Shown here piece after piece: positions 28,859 through 40,993 of a stretch of 64,000 bases of DNA (position 1 is the first letter of the stretch; each line of letters opens with the position of its first letter). The stretch spans positions 480,001-544,000 of the forward strand of contig OZ245015.1 in NCBI GenBank assembly GCA_965223705.1, given 5' to 3'. The translations under genes and the position numbers were made by a program. The notes under the pieces were generated by a model. That model did no database searches. It was not told the DNA's origin and worked only from the letters and a program-made list of their open reading frames with translations. Source of the DNA: Myxococcota bacterium. GTDB lineage: Bacteria > Myxococcota_A > UBA9160 > UBA6930.

Positions 28859-29733
28859 TCGTCTCCGAGGGCGAAGCGCTTCACCGCTTCGGCGAACCCC
28901 TCGGGGTTGTCGGTCATGACGGAATGACTGGCGCGCCCGACGATCTCGAGCGTCCCGTTCGGCAACACCTCGACCATGCGATCCACCGTCTCGGCGGCGA
29001 GTACGTCTGAAGCGGCGCCCCGAATCACCAGGGTCGGGCAGGGAATCTTCTCGAGAGCCGCCCACAGCGTCGCCGTCATTTCCGCGGACCTCGCACGCTG
29101 CTCGTCTTCACTGAGCTCCGAGCGTCGGACATGAAATTTTCGATCGGTTTTGCGCTCGTAGCGCCCGTCGTCGCGCTTGCGCACACCGTGTTTCGCGAGA
29201 CGGCGAATGGTCTTTCGGCTCGAAGCGGGATAGGCCCGCGCCATGACATCCTCGAACTCCGCGACGGACGCGAAGCTTTCCTCTCGCTTTTGGTGGCGCT
29301 CGGTGTCGGTGCGAATCCGCGACGTTCCCCGCTCATCGAACTCCGGACCGGAATCGACGATCACGAGCCCGGCCATGCGGTCAGGGTGCTTCGCGGCAAA
29401 CAAGGTCGCGACGCGGCCGCCGAAGGAGTGGCCCACGAGAACGAAGCGGTCGATTCCCAGAGCAGCGGTGGCGCTTTCCAGATCCGCGACGTGATAGGGG
29501 TAGTCGTAACGGCCCTCGGCGTCGTGGGGCGAATCGCCGTGGCCTCGAAGGTCCAGGGCGAGCGTGCGGTAGTAGGGTGCGACTTCGGGAGCGAACTCCT
29601 CCCAGATGTGCGCGTCATTGCCGAAACCGTGGAGCATCAAGAAGGGAACCCCCTCCGCGCTCCAGACCAATCCATGCAGGATCAGGCCATCGGCTCCCGC
29701 GACTTGAATCGAAGTGGGTTCCGCGTTCATCAC
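28855..29733 (-). CDS. Alpha/beta hydrolase
   Basis: [18 protein letters not shown] nucleophile elbow, C-terminal His (ASHSV). Confidence 0.9.
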   Translation of the reverse strand: MMNAEPTSIQVAGADGLILHGLVWSAEGVPFLMLHGFGNDAHIWEEFAPEVAPYYRTLALDLRGHGDSPHDAEGRYDYPYHVADLESATAALGIDRFVLVGHSFGGRVATLFAAKHPDRMAGLVIVDSGPEFDERGTSRIRTDTERHQKREESFASVAEFEDVMARAYPASSRKTIRRLAKHGVRKRDDGRYERKTDRKFHVRRSELSEDEQRARSAEMTATLWAALEKIPCPTLVIRGAASDVLAAETVDRMVEVLPNGTLEIVGRASHSVMTDNPEGFAEAVKRFALGDD

Positions 29734-29801
29734 CCCATCCTATACCGTCACCTTCCGGAAAACCGCTACGATCGCCGACCCTACGGAGGTCCCACGGAGA
29801 G

Positions 29802-32558
<2,757 letters not shown>

Positions 32559-32568
32559 GCGCGCCGTT

Positions 32569-33510
32569 TTGAAGACGGTCCTCATCGCGAATCCCGCGAG
32601 CGGCGGCTTTCGTGCGCAGCGACGACTCGCGGTCGCCGCACCTGCACTGACCGAAGCCCTGGGCGACTACGAGTTCGTGAGAACAACCGGACCGGGTGAC
32701 GGTCGGCGCCTGGCAGCGGCCGCCGTGGTCTCGGGCGCCACGCGAATCATCGCCGCCGGAGGCGATGGGACGGCGAGCGAGGTCGCCGCGGGAATCCTCG
32801 ATGCGTCGGGGGGTGGATCGGTCACTTTGGGTCTGCTGCCCGGCGGGTCGGCACAAGACGTGCTCCGCAATCTCGGCTTGCCGAGAAACTTGCCCGCAGC
32901 GATGACAGTGATTCGGGATGGGCACGTTCGCGAGATCGACGTAGGCCACGCGACGGTGACCGGTGCGGGCGCTTCGTCGGGCGGGATCCGTTTCGTCAAC
33001 GACGCGAGTTTCGGTGCCAGTGCCATGGTCGCCGGAGCCGTGGGTGAAGGCCGGCGCGGTGGTTGGCACCGCTACGTCCCGCCGCGCGTGGGCTTTGCCG
33101 TAGGCGCCGCGCGCGCTGCCGCCGGTGTGCGTCCCGTCTCTCTTTCGCTCGAAGTGGACGGGAAAGCCTTCTTCTCGGGCCGCGCCGTGTTCGGCGCCGC
33201 CGCAAACGGGCGCTGCTTTGGCGGCGGAATGCAAGTGGCCCCGCAAGCGGAACTCGACGACGGCTTGCTCGATGTCGTCGTCGTTCCCGACCTTCCGAAA
33301 GCGAGGCTGTTCCGGCACTTGCCGACGCTCTACAGCGGCGGCCTCCTCGAGGTGCCCGGGGTGCAGGCCACGCGGGGCGAACGTGTGGTCATTCGCGCCG
33401 AAGGCCCGCAGTCTGTCCCCGTCGAGACGGACGGAGAAGTCGTCGGCCGTCTCCCGGCGGAGCTCACCGTCGAGCCGCGGGCGCTCCGCGTGCTCGTGCC
33501 CAAACGATGA
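32569..33510 (+). CDS. Diacylglycerol/lipid kinase family (YegS/BmrU-like)
   Basis: IANPASGG, AGGDGT, NGRCFGGGM, LDDGLLDV, ETDGE; TTG start. Confidence 0.88.
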   Translation: MKTVLIANPASGGFRAQRRLAVAAPALTEALGDYEFVRTTGPGDGRRLAAAAVVSGATRIIAAGGDGTASEVAAGILDASGGGSVTLGLLPGGSAQDVLRNLGLPRNLPAAMTVIRDGHVREIDVGHATVTGAGASSGGIRFVNDASFGASAMVAGAVGEGRRGGWHRYVPPRVGFAVGAARAAAGVRPVSLSLEVDGKAFFSGRAVFGAAANGRCFGGGMQVAPQAELDDGLLDVVVVPDLPKARLFRHLPTLYSGGLLEVPGVQATRGERVVIRAEGPQSVPVETDGEVVGRLPAELTVEPRALRVLVPKR

Positions 33511-34460
33511 GTGTGTTTTCCGAGATCCGGACGGCCTGCGCCGAAGTCGAAAGGCGTGCTGTCTGGGTGCGCATCGAGAAGAGGGGGCTCGCCGGCGTCG
33601 CCGATCGTCTGGCCGGTGAAGCGCGAAAGGCGATCGAGGACCCGGCTCACCTGCAATTGCACACCTCGTATGAGACCTTGGCTTTCGTCGTGATCCTCGA
33701 CGCGCTGAACTTCGGCTCGGGGTGGTTTCCCGCGCTCCGAAAGCCGGACGGGCGGTCCGGTTACTTCACGATCGCGAACGCCTTGCGTGAGTTCGTCGAG
33801 GCAGAAGGCGTTCCGGAACCTCGCGACCTGTTGAGCTTTAGCGAGGTGCGGTGCGCGGAACTCTTCGGCCAGGCGGGAAACGCGGCGGTCGCGCCTTTGA
33901 TGCGACTGTTCTCGCAGTCTCTCGCCGATCTCGGCAAGCTCGTCGTCGAGAAGTTCGAGGGCCGCTTCGACGTTCTGGTGAAACAAGCGCGCGGAAACGC
34001 CGCGCAGCTCGTTGAGATCCTGGCTTCTATGCCGCTCTACCGCGATATCGCCCGGTACGGAGCTCTCGCGGTTCCCTTCTTCAAGCGCGCACAGATCACG
34101 TGCTCCGACCTGGCGCTCGCCCTCGACGGGGACCCTCTCGGCACCTTCCGAGACATCGACGAGCTCACGCTCTTTGCGGACAACCTCGTCCCCCATGTTC
34201 TCCGCTACGAAGGGGCGCTGGTGTACGATCGCGGTCTCGCGGAGCGCATCGATCGCGGTGAGCTGCTCTCCGCGGGCTCCCCCGAAGAGGTCGAGATTCG
34301 CGCCGTCGCTGTCGTAGCGGTCGAGTGTCTGGTCGAGCTTCTCGGAGATCGCGGTCGGGTCGCGACGGCGCGGTGGCTCGACGGCCGGCTCTGGTCTTGG
34401 GGACACGAAGGCGACAGGAAATCCGTACCCCGCCATCGCACGCAGTGCCCGTACTATTGA
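33507..34460 (+). CDS. Queuosine salvage protein (DUF2419 / Qng1-like Q-nucleotide N-glycosylase)
   Basis: DALNFG, FFKRAQI, LTLFADNLVPHVL, EEVEIRA, LDGRLW, C-terminal HRT..PYY. Confidence 0.85.
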   Translation: MSVFSEIRTACAEVERRAVWVRIEKRGLAGVADRLAGEARKAIEDPAHLQLHTSYETLAFVVILDALNFGSGWFPALRKPDGRSGYFTIANALREFVEAEGVPEPRDLLSFSEVRCAELFGQAGNAAVAPLMRLFSQSLADLGKLVVEKFEGRFDVLVKQARGNAAQLVEILASMPLYRDIARYGALAVPFFKRAQITCSDLALALDGDPLGTFRDIDELTLFADNLVPHVLRYEGALVYDRGLAERIDRGELLSAGSPEEVEIRAVAVVAVECLVELLGDRGRVATARWLDGRLWSWGHEGDRKSVPRHRTQCPYY

Positions 34461-34496
34461 GCGCACGGGCACGCGGCCGGGGATGATGGGACCATC

Positions 34497-35024
34497 GTGG
34501 CGGGACGCAAACGATTGATCGACGGACAACTCATCTTCATGGTGGCCGCTCTGGCCTTGCTGGTCGGCATCGGTTTCTGGCAAGGCGGGGCGCCTCGAGT
34601 CATTGAAGGCTTCGAGGGCGGGGGCCGCTTGGTGATGCGGATTGGCCTCATCGTGTTCGTCTCGCTCCTCGTCGCTGGTTTCGCCGAAGTCTTGGTGCCG
34701 AAACACTGGGTGCAAGGGGCTCTGGGCGAAGGGTCGGGGTTTCGCGGCATTGCGACCGGTGTCGTCGCCGGCGCCATCACGCCCGCAGGCCCTTACGTCG
34801 CGATGCCGATCGCCGTCGTCTTGTTGCGCTCCGGTGCGGCGGCGCCGCCGGTCATCGCGTTCTTGACGGCGTGGGCCCTACTGGCGCTTCATCGTCTGAT
34901 CGCGTGGGAAGTCCCTTTGCTCGGTTTGCGCTTTGCCGCCGTGCGCTGGGCGATTTGTCTCTTGCTTCCTTTCCTCGCGGCGTGGATGGCGACGTTTCTA
35001 CAGGACAAATTGCGGACGCCTTAA
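34497..35024 (+). CDS. Small permease (DUF318/ArsP-like half unit)
   Basis: LVPKHWVQGALGEGSG..G, AGAITPAGPYVAMPI, AFLTAW. Confidence 0.7.
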   Translation: MAGRKRLIDGQLIFMVAALALLVGIGFWQGGAPRVIEGFEGGGRLVMRIGLIVFVSLLVAGFAEVLVPKHWVQGALGEGSGFRGIATGVVAGAITPAGPYVAMPIAVVLLRSGAAAPPVIAFLTAWALLALHRLIAWEVPLLGLRFAAVRWAICLLLPFLAAWMATFLQDKLRTP

Positions 35025-35064
35025 GCTAAGCTCCTTCGTCCAACAAAAGGGGTAGAGACTGACG

Positions 35065-35442
35065 ATGGCCGCACGAAAGAAGACCACGCGCAAGAAAGCC
35101 GCTCGCAAAAAGACTGCTCGCAAGAAGACCGCTCGTAAGAAAGCGACACGGAAGAAGGCCGTGAGCAAGAAGGCCACCCGCAAGAAAGCGGGGGCCAAGA
35201 AAGCGTCTTCGAGCAAGAAGGTCGTGCGCAAGAAGGCGACTTCGCGCAAGAAAACCGCTCGCAAGAAGGCGACCCGCAAGAAAGTCGTTCGGAAGAAGGC
35301 CGCTCCGAAGCGCGCCGCGCGGAAGAAGACCACGAAGCGCAGCGCGCCGAAGAAACGCACCGCGTCGCCGAGTCTCGGCGACCGACTCGTTTTCTCCGAC
35401 GTGCGACGCGATGTCCTCCTCTGGTCGAAGCTCGGCCGTTAG
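35065..35442 (+). CDS. Histone H1-like Lys/Ala/Arg-rich repeat protein
   Basis: About 17 KK-containing pentapeptide units (RKKAA/RKKTA/RKKAT) with synonymous codon variation; AAGGGG RBS; short non-repetitive C-terminus. Confidence 0.8.
   Translation: MAARKKTTRKKAARKKTARKKTARKKATRKKAVSKKATRKKAGAKKASSSKKVVRKKATSRKKTARKKATRKKVVRKKAAPKRAARKKTTKRSAPKKRTASPSLGDRLVFSDVRRDVLLWSKLGR
35074..35360 (+). repeat. Degenerate 15-bp coding tandem repeat (cgcaagaag-core)
   Basis: Repeated cgcaagaag/cgcaagaaa units at 15-nt periodicity. Confidence 0.85.
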
Positions 35443-35450
35443 CGAGATCC

Positions 35451-36593
35451 ATGCCCCCTGCGCCGCGCGGCCCGCTCGCGGATGTCTTCGTCGTCGACCT
35501 GACCCGCGTGCTCGCGGGGCCATACTGCACGATGGTGTTGGCCGATTTGGGGGCCCGGGTCATCAAAGTGGAGCGCCCGGAAGTCGGTGACGACGCTCGG
35601 GCATTTCCACCTTTCGTAGACGGCGAATCGGCGTACTTCTCGTCGCTGAACCGCGGGAAGGAGAGCCTGGCGCTCGACCTCAAAGCGGCGGACGACCGGG
35701 CCATCTTCGAATCGCTGCTCGCGCGCGCCGACGTCTTGGTCGAGAACTACCGCGCGGGAACCCTCGACCGTTTGGGTTACGCGTGGGAGCGGCTTCACCG
35801 CGACTATCCGCGCCTCATTCTGGCGTCGGCTTCGGGCTTCGGGCAGACGGGGCCCTACGCGAATCGGCCCGCCTACGACATGGTCGTGCAGGCGATGGGC
35901 GGGATCATGAGCCTGACCGGTCACCCCGGCGGCCCCCCGACCCGTGTGGGCTCTTCCGTCGGTGACATCACGGCCGGGTTATTTACTGCGGTGGGCATCC
36001 TGACGGCGCTTCACCATCGGTCCGCGACGGGCGAGGCACAGCGCGTCGACGTCGCGATGCTCGATGGCCAGGTCGCGATCCTCGAGAACGCGATCGCGCG
36101 CTACGTCGCGACGGGCGCGGTACCGGGGCCCCTCGGTGCGCGGCATCCTTCGATCGCGCCGTTTGAGGCCTACGCCACAGCGGACGGGCATCTCGTCATC
36201 GCCGCTGGCAACGACGCGCTCTTCCGCGTCTGTTGCGACGTCTTGGGCATTCCCGAGCTACCCGCAGATCCGCGGTTCGCGGACAACGCGTCGCGCGTCG
36301 ATCACGTCGAAGCGCTGCGCGAGGTCCTCGAGGCGCGCTTCCGCCGCGAGACGACGGGCGTGTGGCTCGAGAAACTCGAAGCCGCCGGCGTCCCCTGCGG
36401 GCCGATTCAAAACGTCGAAGAAGTGCTGCGCGATCCCCAGGTCGTCGCTCGGAACATGGTCATCCGAGCCGGGGGGCTTGCGATGGCCGGAAACCCGGTG
36501 AAGATCACCGGGTTCACCGATCCGAGCGAGCGGCCTCCCGCCCCGGCGCTCGATGCGAGTCGAGACGAGATCTTGCGAGAACTCGAGGACTGA
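35451..36593 (+). CDS. CoA-transferase family III (CaiB/BaiF)
   Basis: DLTRVLAGPYCT, LGARVIKVE, NRGKES, DVLVENYR, SGFGQTGP, AYDMVVQAMGG. Confidence 0.93.
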   Translation: MPPAPRGPLADVFVVDLTRVLAGPYCTMVLADLGARVIKVERPEVGDDARAFPPFVDGESAYFSSLNRGKESLALDLKAADDRAIFESLLARADVLVENYRAGTLDRLGYAWERLHRDYPRLILASASGFGQTGPYANRPAYDMVVQAMGGIMSLTGHPGGPPTRVGSSVGDITAGLFTAVGILTALHHRSATGEAQRVDVAMLDGQVAILENAIARYVATGAVPGPLGARHPSIAPFEAYATADGHLVIAAGNDALFRVCCDVLGIPELPADPRFADNASRVDHVEALREVLEARFRRETTGVWLEKLEAAGVPCGPIQNVEEVLRDPQVVARNMVIRAGGLAMAGNPVKITGFTDPSERPPAPALDASRDEILRELED

Positions 36594-37837
36594 TCGCGCA
36601 TCAGCCCGACGATTCCGTCGGCGATCGCGCTCACGCTGTCGCGACTCAAGCCGAGTGGCCCCAGTTCTTCTCCGATCCATTCGCGCACCGCGACGGACTC
36701 GAGGCCGTCTCCCGCGCCCCGCGGCAGACGGACGACCAACCGGGAAATTTTCTCTCCGATCCGCACGAGGGCGGGGCGAAGGTCTCGGTCGAGGTTGAAC
36801 GCGGCCTCGGCCGAAGAGTTTTCCGCGAGCCGACCCTCCTGGATTTCGCGCGCCGCGCGAAAAACCGCGCGATAGAACGCAGCGAGCGCTTCCCCGTTTG
36901 CAGGCGGTAGCCCCGCATCGCGGGCTTCCCGCGCCGCGCTTTCCCCGGCGCGGCGCACGAGCGAGGCCTCGCGCTCGGGAACGTGTACGGGAATCGCCAG
37001 CTCGCGTTTCGCGTCGGCGACGGCTTCCATCAAGGCGAGGCGTTCCGCGACAGCGGCGACGAGCGCTACGAGAGGACGCGCGGTCCGCGTCGCTCCGCTG
37101 TAACCGAGCCAAGCCGAGCGCGCGGCGGCGAGCGCCCCGTCTTTCTCGCGCTCGAGAAGCCAACGATCGAGATCTTCGGCGAGCGCGGCTCGTTCCGGGT
37201 GAACCCACCAAGCCTTCCGGTCGCGCGTGAGTGGGCCGACCGTCTGCGTTTCTCCCAGTTGATCGCGCCAGTGAGGCGCTTCGATCGTGTCGGTGACGAC
37301 GGCGTCGACTTCGCCCGCGCGCAGTGCCAGGGGGACCGCCGCATTCTCGGAGAACGCGACGATTTCGTTCTCCGGGAAGAGGCCCCGGGTCACTCGTTCG
37401 AGATGGCCACCCCGGTTGACACCGATGCGGAGACCCGCCTCACGGACCCTCGCTTCGCTTGCGGGCCCGGCGTTGGCCGGAAGCAAAAGCACCGCACCGC
37501 TCTCGAGGAGCGGGACGCTGAAGCGGCCCGCGACCGTCCGTTCGGGTCGGATGGTCAGGCCTCCGAGGGCCATATCGAACTGGCCGGCGCGAAGATCGGA
37601 GAGAAGCTCGCTCCAACGGAAGGGGATGAGTTCGATCTCGCGTTGCCGGTCGGCGGCGTACGCGGCGACGAGTTCGAGGTCGAGGCCCCGGAGTTCGCCG
37701 CGATCGTCTCGAAACGCGAACGGTCGATAATCGGTGCTCGTTCCGACGCGCACCGGTTGCTCTTCGCCGGGCTCGAAGAACCGGGCCAGGGCGAGGCCTG
37801 CCAGCGCGCATGCGAAGAGCACCCCAAAGCGTTTCAC
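36407..37837 (-). CDS. Exported SBP family 3 / cyclohexadienyl dehydratase-like domain fused to AroQ-type chorismate mutase domain
   Basis: Signal peptide; GTSTDYRPF, VNRGG, VTDTIEA (PheC-like); C-terminal RLALMEAVADAK...PV..PERE, AREIQ, LDRDLRPAL (AroQ-like). Confidence 0.75.
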   Translation of the reverse strand: MKRFGVLFACALAGLALARFFEPGEEQPVRVGTSTDYRPFAFRDDRGELRGLDLELVAAYAADRQREIELIPFRWSELLSDLRAGQFDMALGGLTIRPERTVAGRFSVPLLESGAVLLLPANAGPASEARVREAGLRIGVNRGGHLERVTRGLFPENEIVAFSENAAVPLALRAGEVDAVVTDTIEAPHWRDQLGETQTVGPLTRDRKAWWVHPERAALAEDLDRWLLEREKDGALAAARSAWLGYSGATRTARPLVALVAAVAERLALMEAVADAKRELAIPVHVPEREASLVRRAGESAAREARDAGLPPANGEALAAFYRAVFRAAREIQEGRLAENSSAEAAFNLDRDLRPALVRIGEKISRLVVRLPRGAGDGLESVAVREWIGEELGPLGLSRDSVSAIADGIVGLMRDQSSSSRKISSRLASSAGAGGRSLGSVNPVIFTGFPAIASPPARMTMFRATTWGSRSTSSTF

Positions 37838-38559
37838 GGCAGCGCCAAGGTCACGATGGACGCCAGCGACTTCACGACGTGATCCGGTCGCTCCCGCGCT
37901 GGGAGCTCTTCGACTCGTTCCGGTCGGCTCGTGATGAGCACGCTCCGCATCCCGATTTCGCGGGAACCCCGCACATCGTGCAGAGGTGAATCACCGACGA
38001 ACAGACACCTCGCCGGTTCCGGGCTGCCCGCCTTCGCCAGCGCCGCGCGGAAAATGCCCGCGTCCGGCTTGCAGGAACGCGCCTCTTCGCTCGTCGTTGT
38101 GGCGTCGACCCAGGCGTCGAGATTCATCCGGTCCCACAGCGGAGCAAACTGATCGTCGTCGATGTTGCTCACGATCCCGACGTGGCAGCCGGCGTCTGCC
38201 AGCGCGCGCAGCGTCTCGGCGGCTTCGGGCCGCGGTTCGACGCGGTCGAGGCCCAAGGCGATCTGGGCTCGGTAGAAGGCGAGGCCGGTCTCATCACTGC
38301 TCGGAACGCCAAAGCCGGCGAGAAATCGCCGGACGCCGGCGCAGAAAAGATCCGCATGCCGGTAGAAGGGTCGCTCTCCAAACTCGCGAAACGCGGCAGC
38401 CATCGCTCGCCCGTAGGCCCGGCGCGCTTCATCCGGGTCGGGGTGACACCCGTGGGGGGCAAGTTGATCGAGCAACAACTGATTGAAAGGGACGTGCAGG
38501 TCTCCGTAGCGAAACAGGGTCCCCCCGAGGTCGAAAAACACCGCCTTGCAATCAAACAT
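37834..38559 (-). CDS. HAD-family hydrolase
   Basis: FFDLGGTL, IVSN, KPDAGIF, FVGDSPLHDV. Confidence 0.88.
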   Translation of the reverse strand: MFDCKAVFFDLGGTLFRYGDLHVPFNQLLLDQLAPHGCHPDPDEARRAYGRAMAAAFREFGERPFYRHADLFCAGVRRFLAGFGVPSSDETGLAFYRAQIALGLDRVEPRPEAAETLRALADAGCHVGIVSNIDDDQFAPLWDRMNLDAWVDATTTSEEARSCKPDAGIFRAALAKAGSPEPARCLFVGDSPLHDVRGSREIGMRSVLITSRPERVEELPARERPDHVVKSLASIVTLALP

Positions 38560-38780
38560 CGTTCTAATTTGACGCACTCCGTCGTGATGCTAACGTGCCG
38601 CATTCGCAGATGACGGGGTCTCGGTGCCCCGTTTACGCACCACAGGCGCCACAAAACCAGGGCCCGAACGCGGCGATCGGACGGTCACTCAGTCGGTCGA
38701 GAGCCGCCAGGGTCCGCACAAGGCGGATCGCGACAAACGGTAAACCGGTCGGATCGCAAGGACGACACAAGGGGGCTCCC

Positions 38781-39263
38781 ATGCTTCAACTCGACGACAT
38801 TGAATCCGGAGCCCTTTGCATCCACAAGAACACGAAGCTGCGTTACAGCGTGGTCGAGGTCGGCGAAGAGGAAGTCTTGCTGTCGCCCGAGAGCGAAGGA
38901 ATGCAGGATCTCGTCGTTCCCACCGATCTGTTCCGCCGCGAATTCGCTTTGGGCGATCGCTACTCCGCGCCGCGCGGCCGGAGCCGAGGCCGCTCGCGAC
39001 GCGCCCCGGTGGCGGCCGCTCCCAGCGGCCCCAAAGTTCGCGGCCGTATCAAGAAGATGGTGCGTGACCGCGGGTTCGGTTTCATCCGCGGAGACGATGG
39101 CAAAGAAGTCTTCTTCCATCGCTCCGGGCTGAACGCGTCGGACTACGACGGACTCAATGAAGGAGACGCCGTCGAGTACGTCGTTCAAGAGGGCCCCCGA
39201 GGCGCCCGCGCCGAGAACGTGCGCGGCGTCGCCGCCGATGGCGCAGCTGCACCGGCCGCGTAG
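38781..39263 (+). CDS. Cold-shock domain protein with N-terminal extra domain
   Basis: RGFGFI (RNP1) and VFFHRS (RNP2), GPRAENV-like end; ~60-aa N-terminal domain and Arg-rich linker; AGGGGG RBS. Confidence 0.85.
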   Translation: MLQLDDIESGALCIHKNTKLRYSVVEVGEEEVLLSPESEGMQDLVVPTDLFRREFALGDRYSAPRGRSRGRSRRAPVAAAPSGPKVRGRIKKMVRDRGFGFIRGDDGKEVFFHRSGLNASDYDGLNEGDAVEYVVQEGPRGARAENVRGVAADGAAAPAA

Positions 39264-39284
39264 GGTATCGATTCTCGAGACGAA

Positions 39285-40916
39285 CTAGAACGCGTAGCGA
39301 TGGACGATCGGCAGTCGCCGACCGGTCCCGAACGCCTTGGGCGAAACCCGCAGCACCAACGGGGACTGCCGCCTCTTGTATTCGTTGCGATCGAGGCGCC
39401 GGCGAATCCCCCGCGCCACTTCCTCATCGGTTCCCGGCGGGAGGGGCTCGGAAGATCCCTCGATGGCCTGGGCCAGGACGGCGTCGAGGACGTCGTAAGG
39501 CGGCAGGTCGTCTGTGTCGAGTTGGTCCGGCGCGAGTTCGGCCGAAGGGGGTTTCTCGATCGTGCTCTGCGGGATTCGTGCCCCGTCCCGGTTCGCGAAG
39601 CGCGCTAGGGCGTACACGTCCCGCTTGTAGACATCGCCCAGGACCGCGAGCCCGCCCACGGTGTCCCCGTAGAGCGTGCAGTAGCCGACCGACAGTTCGC
39701 TCTTGTTGCCGGTGGCGAGGACCAGACGGTTCTCCGCGTTCGAGGCCGCCATCAACACCGCGCCGCGGATGCGCGATTGAATATTCTGCTGGGCGAGGCC
39801 GTAGTCGTCGCGCGCACCGAAGAGCTTCTCGAACGCGCCGAGATACGATTCGTAAATGGGGCCGATCGAAATCGTGCGCACTTCGATACCCAGATTTTCT
39901 CCGAGGGCCAGGGCGTCATCGACGCTGTGCTCCGAAGAGAACGGACCCGGCATGGCGATGCCCAGCACCCGCTCCCTGCCGAGCGCGGCGACGGCCAAGT
40001 GCGCGGTCACGGCCGAGTCGATGCCGCCGGAGAGCCCGACCACCGCACCCGGCGGAAGGCCCTGCTTTCGGAAGTAGTCCGCAATCCCCAGCACGAGGGC
40101 CGCCTCGAGCTGCGCGATCCGGTCGCGTTCTTCGATCGAACCAAGCGTCAGGTCGGCGGCGTCCGCTTCGAGATCGACCACGGAGAGATCGGTCTCAAAG
40201 AGCGGACTCGGCCGAAAGAAGCGTCCGTCGCCATTGACGACGAAAGAACCGCCGTCGAAGACGAGTTCATCGTTCCCGCCGACCTGGTTGACGAAAACAA
40301 TGGGAACCCGGTGGCGGGTCGCCAAGGCCGCGATCATTTCCCGCCGCGCTTCGGGCTTCGTCGCGTGCCACGGTGAGGCCGAGAGGTTCACCATCAGGTT
40401 TGCCCCCTGCTCCGCCAGCTCCCCGATGGGGTCGACGTCGTAGGGAACGCGCTCGACCCAAGCGTCTTCGCAAACACTCATGCCGAGAGAACAACCCTCG
40501 CGGAACGGAACCGGCTGGCGCGTCGTGGCGGGCGTGAAGTAGCGCTTTTCATCGAAGACGTCGTAAGTGGGCAACAAACTCTTCGCGCGGGCCCCGACGC
40601 GGGCGCCATCTCGCAGCAGAACGGCGCAATTTTCGAGTTGTTTGCCACCCCGCGGTTCGCAGGGAAGTACCGCGCCGAGCGCGATGGCGATGGTTCGCGA
40701 AGCCGCTTCGAGCGCCTCGAGTTCACGGAGTTGGTCGCGCACGAACCCCTCGCGCTCGAGCAAGTCCATCGGGGGGTAACCCGTGAGCACCATCTCCGGA
40801 AGCACGACCAAGTCGGCGCCAGCGGCCTCGGCTTTCGCCGCCGCATCCTCTACGAGGCCGCGGTTTCCCTGGAGATCGCCGACGATCGGATTGACCTGTG
40901 CCAGTGCAATGCGCAT
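39285..40916 (-). CDS. nadE: Glutamine-dependent NAD+ synthetase
   Basis: Nitrilase-like domain (PE, K-LLPTYDVFDE, CED) plus GLSGGIDS, NIQSRIRG, TGNKSE, PPSAEL. Confidence 0.95.
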   Translation of the reverse strand: MRIALAQVNPIVGDLQGNRGLVEDAAAKAEAAGADLVVLPEMVLTGYPPMDLLEREGFVRDQLRELEALEAASRTIAIALGAVLPCEPRGGKQLENCAVLLRDGARVGARAKSLLPTYDVFDEKRYFTPATTRQPVPFREGCSLGMSVCEDAWVERVPYDVDPIGELAEQGANLMVNLSASPWHATKPEARREMIAALATRHRVPIVFVNQVGGNDELVFDGGSFVVNGDGRFFRPSPLFETDLSVVDLEADAADLTLGSIEERDRIAQLEAALVLGIADYFRKQGLPPGAVVGLSGGIDSAVTAHLAVAALGRERVLGIAMPGPFSSEHSVDDALALGENLGIEVRTISIGPIYESYLGAFEKLFGARDDYGLAQQNIQSRIRGAVLMAASNAENRLVLATGNKSELSVGYCTLYGDTVGGLAVLGDVYKRDVYALARFANRDGARIPQSTIEKPPSAELAPDQLDTDDLPPYDVLDAVLAQAIEGSSEPLPPGTDEEVARGIRRRLDRNEYKRRQSPLVLRVSPKAFGTGRRLPIVHRYAF

Positions 40917-40993
40917 TGGACGAGAATGGAGAGGCCCAACCGTCTCGTCAACCGAAGCCTTCGCGCGCAGACGCGCTGCTACGCTACCGCGCT

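Noticed and set aside
35074..35360. CRISPR array or non-coding tandem repeat
   Set aside because: 15-nt periodicity with synonymous third-position variation and no unique spacers; it is a coding repeat and no cas genes are present
34998..35360. Hydrophobic FLR-repeat ORF on the minus strand
   Set aside because: Antisense mirror of the Lys-rich repeat gene, which has the RBS and operon orientation
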